Positions 1-10,020 are shown, counted from the first letter of the stretch. The stretch is 64,000 nucleotides of DNA from Thermoplasmatales archaeon (GCA_020350825.1 CP070724.1:1185602-1249601); one strand, 5' to 3'. Numbers and translations: made by a program. The notes: generated from the sequence alone by a model not told the origin.

Positions 1-1
1 T

Positions 2-262
2 AAAAATATACAAGAAAATCCATCATGGAAAAATATCCCAGTGGTTTTTCTTACATCAAGAACAGATACTATCGCTAAGAAAACTGGAAGTTTTTTAGCA
101 GCAGATTATATTATAAAACCTTTTGATATAGATGATTTAAAGAGAAGAATTGACAAGGTTTTGAAGAATAGTAATCATTTAAAAAAAGAAGATTTAAAGA
201 AAAGAATTGATAAAATTTTGAAGAAGAGTAATCATTCACATAATAGTTCTCTAGAATACTGA
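2..262 (+). CDS. Response regulator receiver-domain protein, 5'-truncated by the window edge
   Basis: Frame is open from position 2: ...WKNIPVVFLTSR...ADYIIKPFDIDDL, the receiver beta4 Thr and KPF motifs. Confidence 0.85.
   Translation, partial: KNIQENPSWKNIPVVFLTSRTDTIAKKTGSFLAADYIIKPFDIDDLKRRIDKVLKNSNHLKKEDLKKRIDKILKKSNHSHNSSLEY
134..236 (+). repeat. Imperfect tandem duplication (46-bp units, 57-bp period) in the response regulator 3' end
   Basis: gatttaaagagaagaattgacaaggttttgaagaatagtaatcatt (134-179) vs gatttaaagaaaagaattgataaaattttgaagaagagtaatcatt (191-236). Confidence 0.85.
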
Positions 263-557
263 TGTAGCATCATTAATACTTAGATAATTGATTAGTTGTC
301 AACCATTTTCCCGATATGTTGGTTAATTTTTCATTTTGATATTTTGTCAAAAAGAGTTTAAATATTAGGAACTACAAAAACTAATTTAGAAGTAGGTGGT
401 GAAATTGAAAGTTAGGAATTTAATGATCCGCTTTCTGTTATCTCTTTGGCTATTCACAATCTTAATAAAAAATTTACAGATTGTAACTTTTTCAACCTGA
501 TTTCAGATTATAATAGATTCTAAGAGTAATCGTTTTTAAGGTATAACAGTTTCAGAA

Positions 558-1922
558 TTATTTGGATGCGTACATTTCTCCTCGAATGTGGAGTAAGGTG
601 AAATTAAACTCCCCAGCTAATGTTACTGCTGCTGCAGCTGCTGCATATTCTTTTGAATTTTCAATACCTATAAACCTAAGAATCTCTCTGGCAGTGGGGC
701 AAATCGGTCCTTCTCTTGATGAAGCCACACCAACCTCTAAATTGAGCAACTCTACCCCAAAAATCACGTCTTCTCCTTTAATTTCAACATACATATTCTC
801 GGTACATGAGACGTTGCATGGTCGAGGATTGACCTTGGTTGCTCGGTAGAGAGCAGGAATTATTTCACCACCCATTCCTGAATAAACGAACGCACCCTGC
901 TCTTGCAGAACACCCAATCGCTCAACCTCTATATAAGAGAAAAGAGAATCTATGCTAGTTTTGCTCATCTCCTCATAAGCAACTACAGGTAGTCTTACTT
1001 GAGCGGAGACATAACGTCCACGTCGATTGCGTGGGGCAGGCTTTAAATCCCCATCAAACCCCATAGCAACGAGGCTTTGGATATAATTTACCTTTCTTTC
1101 ATTTAAGGTTTTATCAATCATACCCCTAGCAAAACCTACAGCCCATGAAGTATCGCCATGCCCACGAACATGTTCAAATCGGGTATAAAAACAAATGTAA
1201 AGGTAAAACTGGCCATGATGTTGTCTTCTGACAAACTCAACTTCATGAATCTCTCCATTGAACTCAGTCAGATACTTTTTCTCCATCTCCTTTCTCAAAG
1301 CAGGCAGGATTTCCTTCACTACTTCAACCGCCTTTTCTCGTTCTTCTTCGCTTTTAAAAACATAACTCAAATTACGAGCAGCTCCAGCCCATTTAGCTAC
1401 TTTTATTTCTGCTCCACCAAATTTATTTATCCTAAAACACCCTGCACTAATTCCAAGAGGACCAACACCAGCACCATATGCTAATAGGTTGGTGAAAGTC
1501 TTATTAACATCTCCAAAGACCTTTATCTGACCAGCATAAGAGTAGTATTCTTCTCTACCACCAACATAATTAACTGCCAAGGGCAGAAATCTCTCTGCAC
1601 CAATCCCATGAGGCTTTAAAACAGATCCGCAGTAGGAGCAGACGGTATTCATATCTCTGGCTTCTAAATGCCATATAGAATCATCCTTTGGGCAACGCCA
1701 TTTCATAAAGTAAGGTTTGTCCGGCATCTCTAGATAATTGAACTGATAACCGGTCAAATTTTCTATAAGTTTCCTTCTGCTTAAAACTGCTAAACGAAAA
1801 TGATCTGGAGAAATAATCCCGTATTCTTTCAATAGAAGTTCTTCGGCTTTCCAAGGTTGAACGTCGCCAGCAGCAATTCTGCTCGCGACCTCATCCACCA
1901 TTATTTCTTTGTTAGGACTCAT
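558..1922 (-). CDS. Divergent class I HMG-CoA reductase-fold protein with zinc-ribbon insertion; catalytic motifs replaced
   Basis: Colinear with archaeal HmgA: RRKLIENLTG, NYVG, AGQIKVFG, AGCFRINKFGG, DLKP...RGRYVSAQV, AAVTLAGEF. Insertion CPKD...CSYC at aa 77-98. Confidence 0.75.
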   Translation of the reverse strand: MSPNKEIMVDEVASRIAAGDVQPWKAEELLLKEYGIISPDHFRLAVLSRRKLIENLTGYQFNYLEMPDKPYFMKWRCPKDDSIWHLEARDMNTVCSYCGSVLKPHGIGAERFLPLAVNYVGGREEYYSYAGQIKVFGDVNKTFTNLLAYGAGVGPLGISAGCFRINKFGGAEIKVAKWAGAARNLSYVFKSEEEREKAVEVVKEILPALRKEMEKKYLTEFNGEIHEVEFVRRQHHGQFYLYICFYTRFEHVRGHGDTSWAVGFARGMIDKTLNERKVNYIQSLVAMGFDGDLKPAPRNRRGRYVSAQVRLPVVAYEEMSKTSIDSLFSYIEVERLGVLQEQGAFVYSGMGGEIIPALYRATKVNPRPCNVSCTENMYVEIKGEDVIFGVELLNLEVGVASSREGPICPTAREILRFIGIENSKEYAAAAAAVTLAGEFNFTLLHIRGEMYASK

Positions 1923-2081
1923 GAGTACACCATTTTTGTAATATATTATCTCCTCTACACATCCAACTCATCAACTACTTGGAGATATCCACCACATCGT
2001 CATTTTTTCATGATTTCTTATCCCCTTATAAACATTCGTGGATTAAGGCCATACTTTAAAAACAATAGTTATTATTAAACG

Positions 2082-2627
2082 GTGAGCAATATGTTTTATT
2101 ATATCCACGGTTACAAATCAAGTCCAGAAAGCAACAAAGGTTTGATTTTTAAGAAGAAGCTTGGTGCTGTTGCCATTAAATATCGTGATTGTGAACCTGA
2201 AAACATTGTTATATCTGATTGTCTGAAACGTATTTCTGATATTATAAAAAATGACAAAAATGTTGTTTTAATTGGATCTTCTCTCGGTGGTTATCTGGCA
2301 GTTGAAACTGCTCTTATTCACCCCAATGTTAAAAAACTCATACTTCTCAATCCAGCCATAGTACCTCCATCTACCAATCTAGATAACCATAAGGACATGC
2401 CAAGAAGGATACTTGAAGAGATTAGAGACAAGAGACTCTTTAAAAATAGAATGAATACTAAAATAATCATATTTAGAGGTACAGAAGACGATCTTATTCC
2501 AGATGATTGGATTACCAAGTTCGCAAAAGTTCATGAAGCAACAGTTATATTTCTACATGACGATCACAGATTTTCTCGTAATCTAACAAAACTTCCAATT
2601 ATTATTTCTAACTTATCGAAAAAATAG
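2082..2627 (+). CDS. YqiA/YcfP-family alpha/beta hydrolase (esterase)
   Basis: IHGYKSS, GSSLGG nucleophile elbow, GTEDD acid, DDH His. Confidence 0.85.
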   Translation: MSNMFYYIHGYKSSPESNKGLIFKKKLGAVAIKYRDCEPENIVISDCLKRISDIIKNDKNVVLIGSSLGGYLAVETALIHPNVKKLILLNPAIVPPSTNLDNHKDMPRRILEEIRDKRLFKNRMNTKIIIFRGTEDDLIPDDWITKFAKVHEATVIFLHDDHRFSRNLTKLPIIISNLSKK

Positions 2628-2637
2628 AGATCAAAAA

Positions 2638-3135
2638 CTACGTGATTTGGCTAGAAAGATTCCAAAGTTTATCACCAACATAGTGAATATTTTTTATAGC
2701 TTTTCCTGTGGATTTACTTTTCATTTCTTCACCAGTTATTAACGCCATTCCAACTGCTAATGGTTTATGATGTTTTTCATCACAAATCCATACATAATCG
2801 CTTTTTTGAATGTTTATATCAGCGTCTATTATACCTGGTACCATTACGTCTGCGCCTTTTGAAACAAAACCCACTGCACCCATATCCACTACTACAAAAT
2901 GCTCTTTTGGATTATACTTGTATAATCCATGTAATGTAAAAACTACTTTATCTTCAATTATCATAAAAACTATTTCTTCATTCACAAGAATTACCTTAAA
3001 CTGATCAAGATTTCCTATTTCAACAGACGAATCAACATCAAAAAAATCTGAATCAAATTTGGTTTTAAGTTCATTCAGGATATTCCTTATTTCTTTATTC
3101 TTAAGTCGATGCCTATTTCTCAGTTTTACAGACAT
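2638..3135 (-). CDS. PUA-domain RNA-binding protein (MCT-1/Tma20-like)
   Basis: VVVDMGAVGFVSKGADVMVPGI...GKAIKNIHYVGDKLW; divergent from Sm-L37e as is usual in archaea. Confidence 0.9.
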   Translation of the reverse strand: MSVKLRNRHRLKNKEIRNILNELKTKFDSDFFDVDSSVEIGNLDQFKVILVNEEIVFMIIEDKVVFTLHGLYKYNPKEHFVVVDMGAVGFVSKGADVMVPGIIDADINIQKSDYVWICDEKHHKPLAVGMALITGEEMKSKSTGKAIKNIHYVGDKLWNLSSQIT

Positions 3136-3238
3136 GGGTTGGTTATTATCTGAGTTATTTTTAATCTTTACCTATCTCGGTTATGAAGCCCAAACTATTA
3201 TAAAGATTATCCCTATTTCGTGTCCCCTAGGTAATACT

Positions 3239-3457
3239 ATGGAAAAACCATTGAAGTTACTACATTCAAGTCTAAACAACCGAGTTATGGTTGAATTAAG
3301 AAACGGAGTAGAATACCATGGTACATTAGACGGTTACGATGTCCCTCATATGAATCTTGTACTTAAAAAAACTGATGAAATAGTGAATACTGAACAAAAG
3401 GCTAAACACGAAACAGTTATTGTAAGGGGAGACAATATAATCTATATATCACCTTAA
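3239..3457 (+). CDS. Sm/Lsm RNA-binding protein (SmAP1)
   Basis: ATG at 3239; Sm1 GTLDGYD.HMNLVL and Sm2 IVRGDNIIYISP. Confidence 0.93.
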   Translation: MEKPLKLLHSSLNNRVMVELRNGVEYHGTLDGYDVPHMNLVLKKTDEIVNTEQKAKHETVIVRGDNIIYISP

Positions 3458-3474
3458 AATAAGAGGCAGTTGGA

Positions 3475-3639
3475 ATGACAAAAGGAACAACATCCCGCTC
3501 TGGGGGTAAAAAAACTCACATCACATGCAGAAGATGTGGAAAACATGCTTTCCACGTACAGAAGAGAAAATGTGCTGCATGTGGATTCGGAGAAACAAGT
3601 AAAATTAGACATTACAACTGGGCTAAAAATAAATCATAA
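3475..3639 (+). CDS. rpl37e: 50S ribosomal protein L37e (not in ORF track)
   Basis: [54 protein letters not shown]; conserved Sm-L37e linkage. Confidence 0.95.
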   Translation: MTKGTTSRSGGKKTHITCRRCGKHAFHVQKRKCAACGFGETSKIRHYNWAKNKS

Positions 3640-3862
3640 CCTATATTTTTAAATAAGTTAAGACATTAAATAAATAACTTTAGCATGTTGTTTTTTAGTA
3701 TAGCATTAAAAAGAGAAACGATTTTTATTCTATCATACATTCCACACTATTGAACGGTGGTGTATATCTTATAAGCGTTGACTTTGATTAAAAATGTATA
3801 TATTAAAATTTTATGTAGTAAAAGGAAATTCTTAAGAACGAAGTAATCATCTCTTTACACGT

Positions 3863-4774
3863 ATGGATCCTGGAGTTTTAATAACCCAGTGGTTATTAAC
3901 CTCTCTTGTGAGAGGGAGCCTATATGCACTTATTGCTGTTGGTCTCACATTAGTTTTTAGAATACTAAAACTCGCGAATTTTTCCCATGGAGAGCTATTT
4001 GTTTTTGGGGCATATATAGGGATAGTATTTTTCAATTCATTTTGGATAGATAATTTAATTCTTAATGCACTTTTTTCATATATTCTCGCTTTTGTGGCCA
4101 CAGCTGCTTTGGCTGTCTTTTTTGATTTTGCAGCATACAAGCCCTTGCGGAATAGAGGTGCAACTCCTTTAATGTTAATGATTGCATCTCTTGGTATCAG
4201 CATTATCATAAGAGGAGTTGTTCAATTCATCTGGGGTCCAAGAGTACAGAAATACGCAAAACCACCTCAAGATATAGTAGATATAGGTGGGGCATTGATA
4301 TATTCAAGTGAGATTGTAGTAGTTGTTGCAGTTATTGCTATTTTCATTGGTCTTTATTTTTTACTTACAAAAACAAAAATTGGTACTGCTCTTCGAGCAA
4401 TTTCAGATAGCAAGGATCTTGCAGAGATCTCTGGAATAAATACAGAACAATCGATTATTTTTCTATGGATTCTTGCAGGGGGATTTGCCGGTCTAAGCGG
4501 TGCAGTATTTGCAACTATCTCACCCGCCGGAATAATTCCTGAAAGTGGATTTCAGTTATTGCTATTTTTATTCGCTGCGGTAATATTGGGTACTATAGGA
4601 AATATATATGGGGCAATTATCGGAGCCTACATCATTATCCTTGTTGATACGGTAGGTTCTGGGGTTTTTAGTCTGCTAAATATGAGCGCTGAATATAGCA
4701 AAATAATTGTATTTATAGTTCTTATACTGGTCCTATTATTTAAGCCGAAAGGGATTTTTGGAGGTAAGTCGTGA
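3863..4774 (+). CDS. livH: Branched-chain amino acid ABC transporter permease
   Basis: GSLYALIAVGLTLVFRILKLANFSHGE; TKIGTALRA; KPKGIFG. Confidence 0.92.
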   Translation: MDPGVLITQWLLTSLVRGSLYALIAVGLTLVFRILKLANFSHGELFVFGAYIGIVFFNSFWIDNLILNALFSYILAFVATAALAVFFDFAAYKPLRNRGATPLMLMIASLGISIIIRGVVQFIWGPRVQKYAKPPQDIVDIGGALIYSSEIVVVVAVIAIFIGLYFLLTKTKIGTALRAISDSKDLAEISGINTEQSIIFLWILAGGFAGLSGAVFATISPAGIIPESGFQLLLFLFAAVILGTIGNIYGAIIGAYIIILVDTVGSGVFSLLNMSAEYSKIIVFIVLILVLLFKPKGIFGGKS

Positions 4775-4775
4775 T

Positions 4776-5762
4776 ATGGTTCTTCATCCACTAGTATTTT
4801 TGTTGCTCGGAATTGGAACGTTCATCTTGATCTATGCAATTCTGGCACTTAGTCTTAATCTACAGCAGGGTTACACGGGTTTACCGAATTTCGGTCTCAT
4901 AGGTTTTTATGGAATTGGTGCATATGCAACTGCATCAATGATCGTACAAGGTATTAATCCAATAATTGGAATAATACTTGGAATGATTATTGCAACTGTC
5001 TTTGGGATAGCAATTACACTTCCAGCAATTCGAATAAGAGAAATCTATTTTGCAATAATTACTATCGCTGCTGTAGAGATAATAAGAATAATAATTCGTA
5101 ACGAAAAGGCAATAGGAGGTGAATATCCACAATTAGGAATTTTCAATATTCCACTGCTTTTCGGACTCGATTACGAGATGCATAAGATTGTTTCATTTTT
5201 ACTGTTGATGCTGGTTGTTATATGTATTTATTTGATTTTACAGTTCATTATTTATTCCATGCCATTTGGGAGAGTGTTAAAAGCTATTAGAGAGGATGAA
5301 GATGCGGTTAAGGCACTAGGAAAGGATCCTGTTCGATACAAACTTATTGCTTTCTCGATAGGAGCCATAATTGCATCATTTGCAGGTTCGATGTGGATTC
5401 TAACTCAAAGAGCAATTACCCCAGATGGAATTATGCCTTTATGGACTTTTATGATCTGGATTATGGTCTTATTAGGTGGTATGGGGAATAATAAAGGTGT
5501 AATTATGGGAGCTATAGTGATTACCGGTATTCAACAAATTGTACATGAATTGAAGTTTTATATTCCAACAGAGCTGCTTGATAACAATCAGATAATATCC
5601 TTAACTTGGACTAGTATTGGCATTTTAATTGTGGTAGTACTAATCTTTCTACCCCAAGGCGTGATTAAAGAACCGAAAATATGTGGAAATGATGTTGAAA
5701 AAACTATAAAAAATGTAAATAGAGGTATTAAAGGATGGATACGCTTATTACTAAGAGGTTAA
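4776..5762 (+). CDS. livM: Branched-chain amino acid ABC transporter permease
   Basis: LSLNLQQGYTGLPNFG; FGRVLKAIREDE; LLGGMGN. Confidence 0.92.
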   Translation: MVLHPLVFLLLGIGTFILIYAILALSLNLQQGYTGLPNFGLIGFYGIGAYATASMIVQGINPIIGIILGMIIATVFGIAITLPAIRIREIYFAIITIAAVEIIRIIIRNEKAIGGEYPQLGIFNIPLLFGLDYEMHKIVSFLLLMLVVICIYLILQFIIYSMPFGRVLKAIREDEDAVKALGKDPVRYKLIAFSIGAIIASFAGSMWILTQRAITPDGIMPLWTFMIWIMVLLGGMGNNKGVIMGAIVITGIQQIVHELKFYIPTELLDNNQIISLTWTSIGILIVVVLIFLPQGVIKEPKICGNDVEKTIKNVNRGIKGWIRLLLRG

Positions 5763-6496
5763 GTAAAAATTTCGGTGGAATTAAAGCCGTAGATGAAGTA
5801 TCAATCACGGTTAAGAAAAAAACCATAACTGCGCTGATAGGGCCAAATGGCTCAGGGAAAACAACCTTATTCAATCTAATTTCCGGTTTCTATGAACCTG
5901 ATAATGGTAAAGTATTATTTTTAAATAAGGATATTACTAATTTAAATTCCCATCAAATTGCTAATCAGGGTCTTGTTCGTACCTTTCAAATCGTAAAAAT
6001 ATTCAGAAATCTCTCTGTTCTTGAGAATATGCTAGTTGCTCCAAAGAGAGATTATGGAGATTCGTTTATAAAAACTATTACAAATTTTAAAAAAAGCATA
6101 AAGGAGGAAAAAGAGGCATATGACTATACTAATGATCTTCTAAATCTTCTTGAATTATCTCATTTAAAAGATGAATACGCAGGTAATCTATCAGGGGGAC
6201 AGCTAAAATTGCTATCATTAGGCTTGGCACTTATGCGGGATCCAGAAATTCTACTATTGGATGAACCTGTTGCAGGGGTTAATCCAACCTTAGCCAATAA
6301 AATATTTGATATCCTTATTAATTGCCGTGATAATTTCAATAAAACGTTCTTTATTATTGAGCATAACATGGATGTTGTTCTTGATTTTTCAGATTTGATT
6401 TATGTGATGAATAGGGGAAAGATAATAGCAGAAGGACCTCCAAAGGAGATATTTAGTAATCGTGGAGTAATTGACGCGTATCTGGGGGTAGATTAA
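5735..6496 (+). CDS. livG: Branched-chain amino acid ABC transporter ATPase
   Basis: GPNGSGKTT, LSGGQ, LLLDEP, IIEHNM, AYLG. Confidence 0.92.
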   Translation: MDTLITKRLSKNFGGIKAVDEVSITVKKKTITALIGPNGSGKTTLFNLISGFYEPDNGKVLFLNKDITNLNSHQIANQGLVRTFQIVKIFRNLSVLENMLVAPKRDYGDSFIKTITNFKKSIKEEKEAYDYTNDLLNLLELSHLKDEYAGNLSGGQLKLLSLGLALMRDPEILLLDEPVAGVNPTLANKIFDILINCRDNFNKTFFIIEHNMDVVLDFSDLIYVMNRGKIIAEGPPKEIFSNRGVIDAYLGVD

Positions 6497-7314
6497 TGGA
6501 ATATAATCCAGTTGATTTCGGAAAATTATCCAAAAAAAAGAATGGACCTAAAAAAAGTAAACCTATTACCCCATCTACAAAATCGACTAAAAAAAAGATA
6601 AAGAAATCCATTCTCGAGGTCAACGATTTAGTTGCTGGATATGGTAAATCTATTATTTTGCATGGAATACATTTTAATCTTTATAAAAGAGAGCTTGTAG
6701 CGGTAATAGGTCCAAATGGTGCGGGTAAAAGCACTTTGTTAAAATCGATTTTTGGCCTTGCTAGAATATTTGATGGTGAAATCAAATATAATTCAAAGAT
6801 AATTACTGGACAAAGATCTCATAATTTAGTTAAGGCAGGACTTACTTACGTACCCCAGTTAGAAAACATATTTCCTTCACTTACAATAGAAGAAAATTTG
6901 AAAATGGGAGCCTTTATAAGAGACGATGATAAGATAAAAAAAGATATGGATAACGTTTATATGATGTTTCCAGATCTTTTAGAACGAGTAAAAGATAAAG
7001 CAAGGAACTTAAGCGGAGGCCAAAGACAGTTTTTAGCAATTGGAAGAGCACTTATGACAAATCCCACTGTATTACTATTAGATGAACCCTCCGCGGGGTT
7101 GTCACCAAAAGCACGAGATGAAGTTTTAAAAAAGATAAGTTCATTAAAAAATAAAGGATATTCTGTAATTCTAGTTGAGCAAAATGCCAAGAAATCTCTA
7201 GAAATTGCCGATAGGGGTTATATATTAGCAATGGGTAGAAATGTTTTTGAGGGAACTTCTAAAGATATATTAGAAAACGAAGAAATTGGTAGAATGTTTC
7301 TAGGGAGACGATAG
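6496..7314 (+). CDS. livF: Branched-chain amino acid ABC transporter ATPase with Lys-rich N-terminal extension
   Basis: GPNGAGKST, LSGGQRQ, LLLDEPSAGL, LVEQNA. Confidence 0.92.
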   Translation: MEYNPVDFGKLSKKKNGPKKSKPITPSTKSTKKKIKKSILEVNDLVAGYGKSIILHGIHFNLYKRELVAVIGPNGAGKSTLLKSIFGLARIFDGEIKYNSKIITGQRSHNLVKAGLTYVPQLENIFPSLTIEENLKMGAFIRDDDKIKKDMDNVYMMFPDLLERVKDKARNLSGGQRQFLAIGRALMTNPTVLLLDEPSAGLSPKARDEVLKKISSLKNKGYSVILVEQNAKKSLEIADRGYILAMGRNVFEGTSKDILENEEIGRMFLGRR

Positions 7315-7476
7315 ACATTCTATTATAGATGTCATGCAATAATTTTTTAGGTCCAACCTAAGGACAGTTCGGCTATTATCCTCAAAATATAATGTAATTT
7401 CCTGAAAGAGAAAATAAAAAATAAGGGTCTTTAGGTGAACTAACGACCCAAAGAGAGTTGTTACTGAAGTTTTAAA

Positions 7477-8706
7477 TTATGGGATAAAACCTTCTACTCC
7501 GTTTATGGGATTTTGCCAAAAGCCATGTCCTCGGTTAAAGGAGGTTCCATTAAATTTCCAGATATCATAGTATTGTGTTTGAATGTCTCCGTTTGAATCA
7601 AAACTCTTATCTCCAGAAACACCCTTGTAGGGATTATTTGCATCATAGTTAAACAGTGCAGTCCTAATCTTAGCACCATCGTTAGCACCGGCATCCTCGA
7701 TAGCTGCAGCAGCTAAACGAACAGCATCATAAGTGTAATCACCGTAGGATATTGGATCAGAACCGTATTTAGCGTTGTACGCTGCTTTAAATTCTTCTTC
7801 TGCAGGTGAATCTGGAACTGCAGGAGCTGTACCATATGTTCCATTTGCTGCTTCTGCATTAGTTGGGTATCCTTCAGGTAGAAGCTCAGCTGCATCAACT
7901 ATACCCTCATTCCCAATCCACTGGTAACCATTCATAGCAATCATTCCAAGCTTATGTGCACTTGAAAAAATTAAATCTGCTTGTTGTCCATATGCTGTAA
8001 CTAATATTCCAGTGGTATTTTGTCCTGAATCTTCAACTGCTGTTTTAATAGTTGCAAGATTAGATTCATAAGAATCTGCAATTTCAGCATAAAGGCTTTC
8101 ATGAACAACCGTCATTCCTGACGTGTTTGCTTCATCAAGCATTACTGCATGTATTCCTGCTCCATATGCATTGTTTATTGAAAACACCACAATATGTGTT
8201 ATATTTAGTGATTCTGTTAAATCCACTTGTGCTTTGCCTTGAAGGTTATCATCGCCAACAACTCTGAATATCCAGTCATTTTCTGATAGTGCTGGAGATG
8301 TAGAAGCTGGTGATATGAGGGCGACTTCGCTAGGCTCTGTTTCTGTAGCTACAGCAAGTGTGTTGGAACTGCCTGCAGCACCAACAATAACTTGTATTTC
8401 TTTTGCAATCAATCTCTGTGCAGCTAACTTTGCTGGATCTGGAGCAGTTTGAGAATCTTCTATTACTACTTCTACTGTCTTTCCTCCTAAAATCCCACCT
8501 TCCTCGTTTATATGCTCCGCTGCGAGTTGTGCTGCTTTAACCATATCCCCGCCAATTGAGGAAAGTCCACCGGTTTGTGGTAAAATCACTCCTATTAGTA
8601 TCTTTTCTATTTCTTCTTCCTCTACACATCCTGATAATGCAATAGTCGAAATCGGTAAAGCAACTATTACCAAGAGTGAGATTATTTTCATTTTTTCATT
8701 CTTCAT
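7477..8706 (-). CDS. livK: Branched-chain amino acid ABC transporter substrate-binding lipoprotein
   Basis: Lipobox LSGC; IGVILPQTG, INEEGGILG, ISPASTSPALS, YDAV, GVSGDKSFDSNGD. Confidence 0.88.
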   Translation of the reverse strand: MKNEKMKIISLLVIVALPISTIALSGCVEEEEIEKILIGVILPQTGGLSSIGGDMVKAAQLAAEHINEEGGILGGKTVEVVIEDSQTAPDPAKLAAQRLIAKEIQVIVGAAGSSNTLAVATETEPSEVALISPASTSPALSENDWIFRVVGDDNLQGKAQVDLTESLNITHIVVFSINNAYGAGIHAVMLDEANTSGMTVVHESLYAEIADSYESNLATIKTAVEDSGQNTTGILVTAYGQQADLIFSSAHKLGMIAMNGYQWIGNEGIVDAAELLPEGYPTNAEAANGTYGTAPAVPDSPAEEEFKAAYNAKYGSDPISYGDYTYDAVRLAAAAIEDAGANDGAKIRTALFNYDANNPYKGVSGDKSFDSNGDIQTQYYDIWKFNGTSFNRGHGFWQNPINGVEGFIP

Positions 8707-8956
8707 AAAATATCTCTCCTTTTCCAATAAATGAAACTCCCAATAACAAACGTCTATTTAAATGTTAATAAAAAATTAAGAATATTAGAGAAAATCAAAT
8801 ATTATTTTAAAAAGACCAAATCACTATTGAATAATAAGTATATGTTCTCTTGACAATATATGGAATACTTATTTTTTTATAATCTAAAAATCCGAAACTT
8901 ATAAATAGCGTTTTAAATATTAAAACTCTTAAACAATATAAAATAAAAACAGAGAA

Positions 8957-9862
8957 ATGAAGAAGGAGAGAGATAATTTGAAAAGAAAAATAATCGTACC
9001 CATTCTATGTGTAGTCCTGATGATGGGTATGTTAAGCGGATGTGTAGAAGAAGAACCAACTGAAGAACAAAAAGCTACCCTGACATTGGCTATTCTAGGT
9101 CTTATGGATTTAGGACCAGAGGCTCTATATGAGGGATGGATTCTTGTGGATGGAGGAGTAAGCTCAACTGGCACTTTTTCTGTTGATGATAGTGGGATAT
9201 TATCTGATACAACATTTGAAATAAATAAAGGTGATTTAACCAATGCAACTGCATTTATACTCACTATTGAACCAGTCCTAGATCCTAGTGCTGACCCAAG
9301 TGATACACATATACTTGCTGGTGATTTTTCTGATGACATAGCAACATTGAGTATTATGCATACAGCTGCAATAGGTGATGATTTTTCCACATCAACTGGT
9401 GTCTATAAATTAGCAACTCCTACAACAGAAAATACAACAGATGAAAAAAGTGGTATTTGGTACATAAATGAAACTGGCGAAAAGGGACTTGATTTACCTA
9501 CTTTACCAACAGGATGGATTTATGAAGGATGGATAGTAATAGATGGTACAGCCATATCAACCGGTCGGTTTTCTGATTCAAATATGTCTGATGATAGTGA
9601 TATTTATAGTGGAAATTTAACTGGGCCGGAATTTCCAGGTGAAGATCTAATAATCAATGGTACTTTAGAAATTCTATTCCCAACAACTCTGGATGGAAAC
9701 ACCGCTGTTATTTCGGTTGAACCAGATCCTGATAATGATGCCGATCCATTTCTATTAAAACCTTTGATAGCAACTATCCCTGACCCTGCAGTTGAACACA
9801 CAGTTTATAATATGACAAATCAAGCTGCAAGTATTCTTCCAACTGGGACAGCAAGTCGCTGA
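8957..9862 (+). CDS. Acidic lipoprotein with two internal YEGW repeats (RskA-C-terminal-like)
   Basis: Lipobox LSGC; repeats LYEGWILVDG..SSTGTF...LTIEP and IYEGWIVIDG..ISTGRF...ISVEP. Confidence 0.7.
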   Translation: MKKERDNLKRKIIVPILCVVLMMGMLSGCVEEEPTEEQKATLTLAILGLMDLGPEALYEGWILVDGGVSSTGTFSVDDSGILSDTTFEINKGDLTNATAFILTIEPVLDPSADPSDTHILAGDFSDDIATLSIMHTAAIGDDFSTSTGVYKLATPTTENTTDEKSGIWYINETGEKGLDLPTLPTGWIYEGWIVIDGTAISTGRFSDSNMSDDSDIYSGNLTGPEFPGEDLIINGTLEILFPTTLDGNTAVISVEPDPDNDADPFLLKPLIATIPDPAVEHTVYNMTNQAASILPTGTASR

Positions 9863-9902
9863 TTCATTGAAACTGAGACCGACTCGTTAATACCTGCACT
9901 AC

Positions 9903-9918
9903 TTTTTTTTCTTTTTTT
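9903..9918 (+). terminator. Oligo-T archaeal terminator after the lipoprotein gene
   Basis: ttttttttcttttttt about 40 bp after the stop. Confidence 0.5.
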
Positions 9919-10020
9919 AATTCTACGTTGTAATTGGTAATGAAATCAATATAGAATAGAATTAGAAACGATAAAAGGCCTAATTTGTCTGACATTTCTG
10001 GTACTTGTTGCCGCATTTTA

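Noticed and set aside
405-500. 31-aa ORF MKVRNLMIRF... with a good RBS (GGTGGTGA), starting like a CBS-domain protein
   Set aside because: Too short and no further CBS similarity visible; possibly a relic but unsupported
1955-2011. In-frame TGA as possible selenocysteine
   Set aside because: The position fits Trp rather than Cys, the ORF is tiny, and no SECIS-like hairpin was recognised
3059-3238. N-terminal extension of the Sm ORF in the track
   Set aside because: Overlaps the divergent PUA gene and promoter; Sm homology starts at ATG 3239
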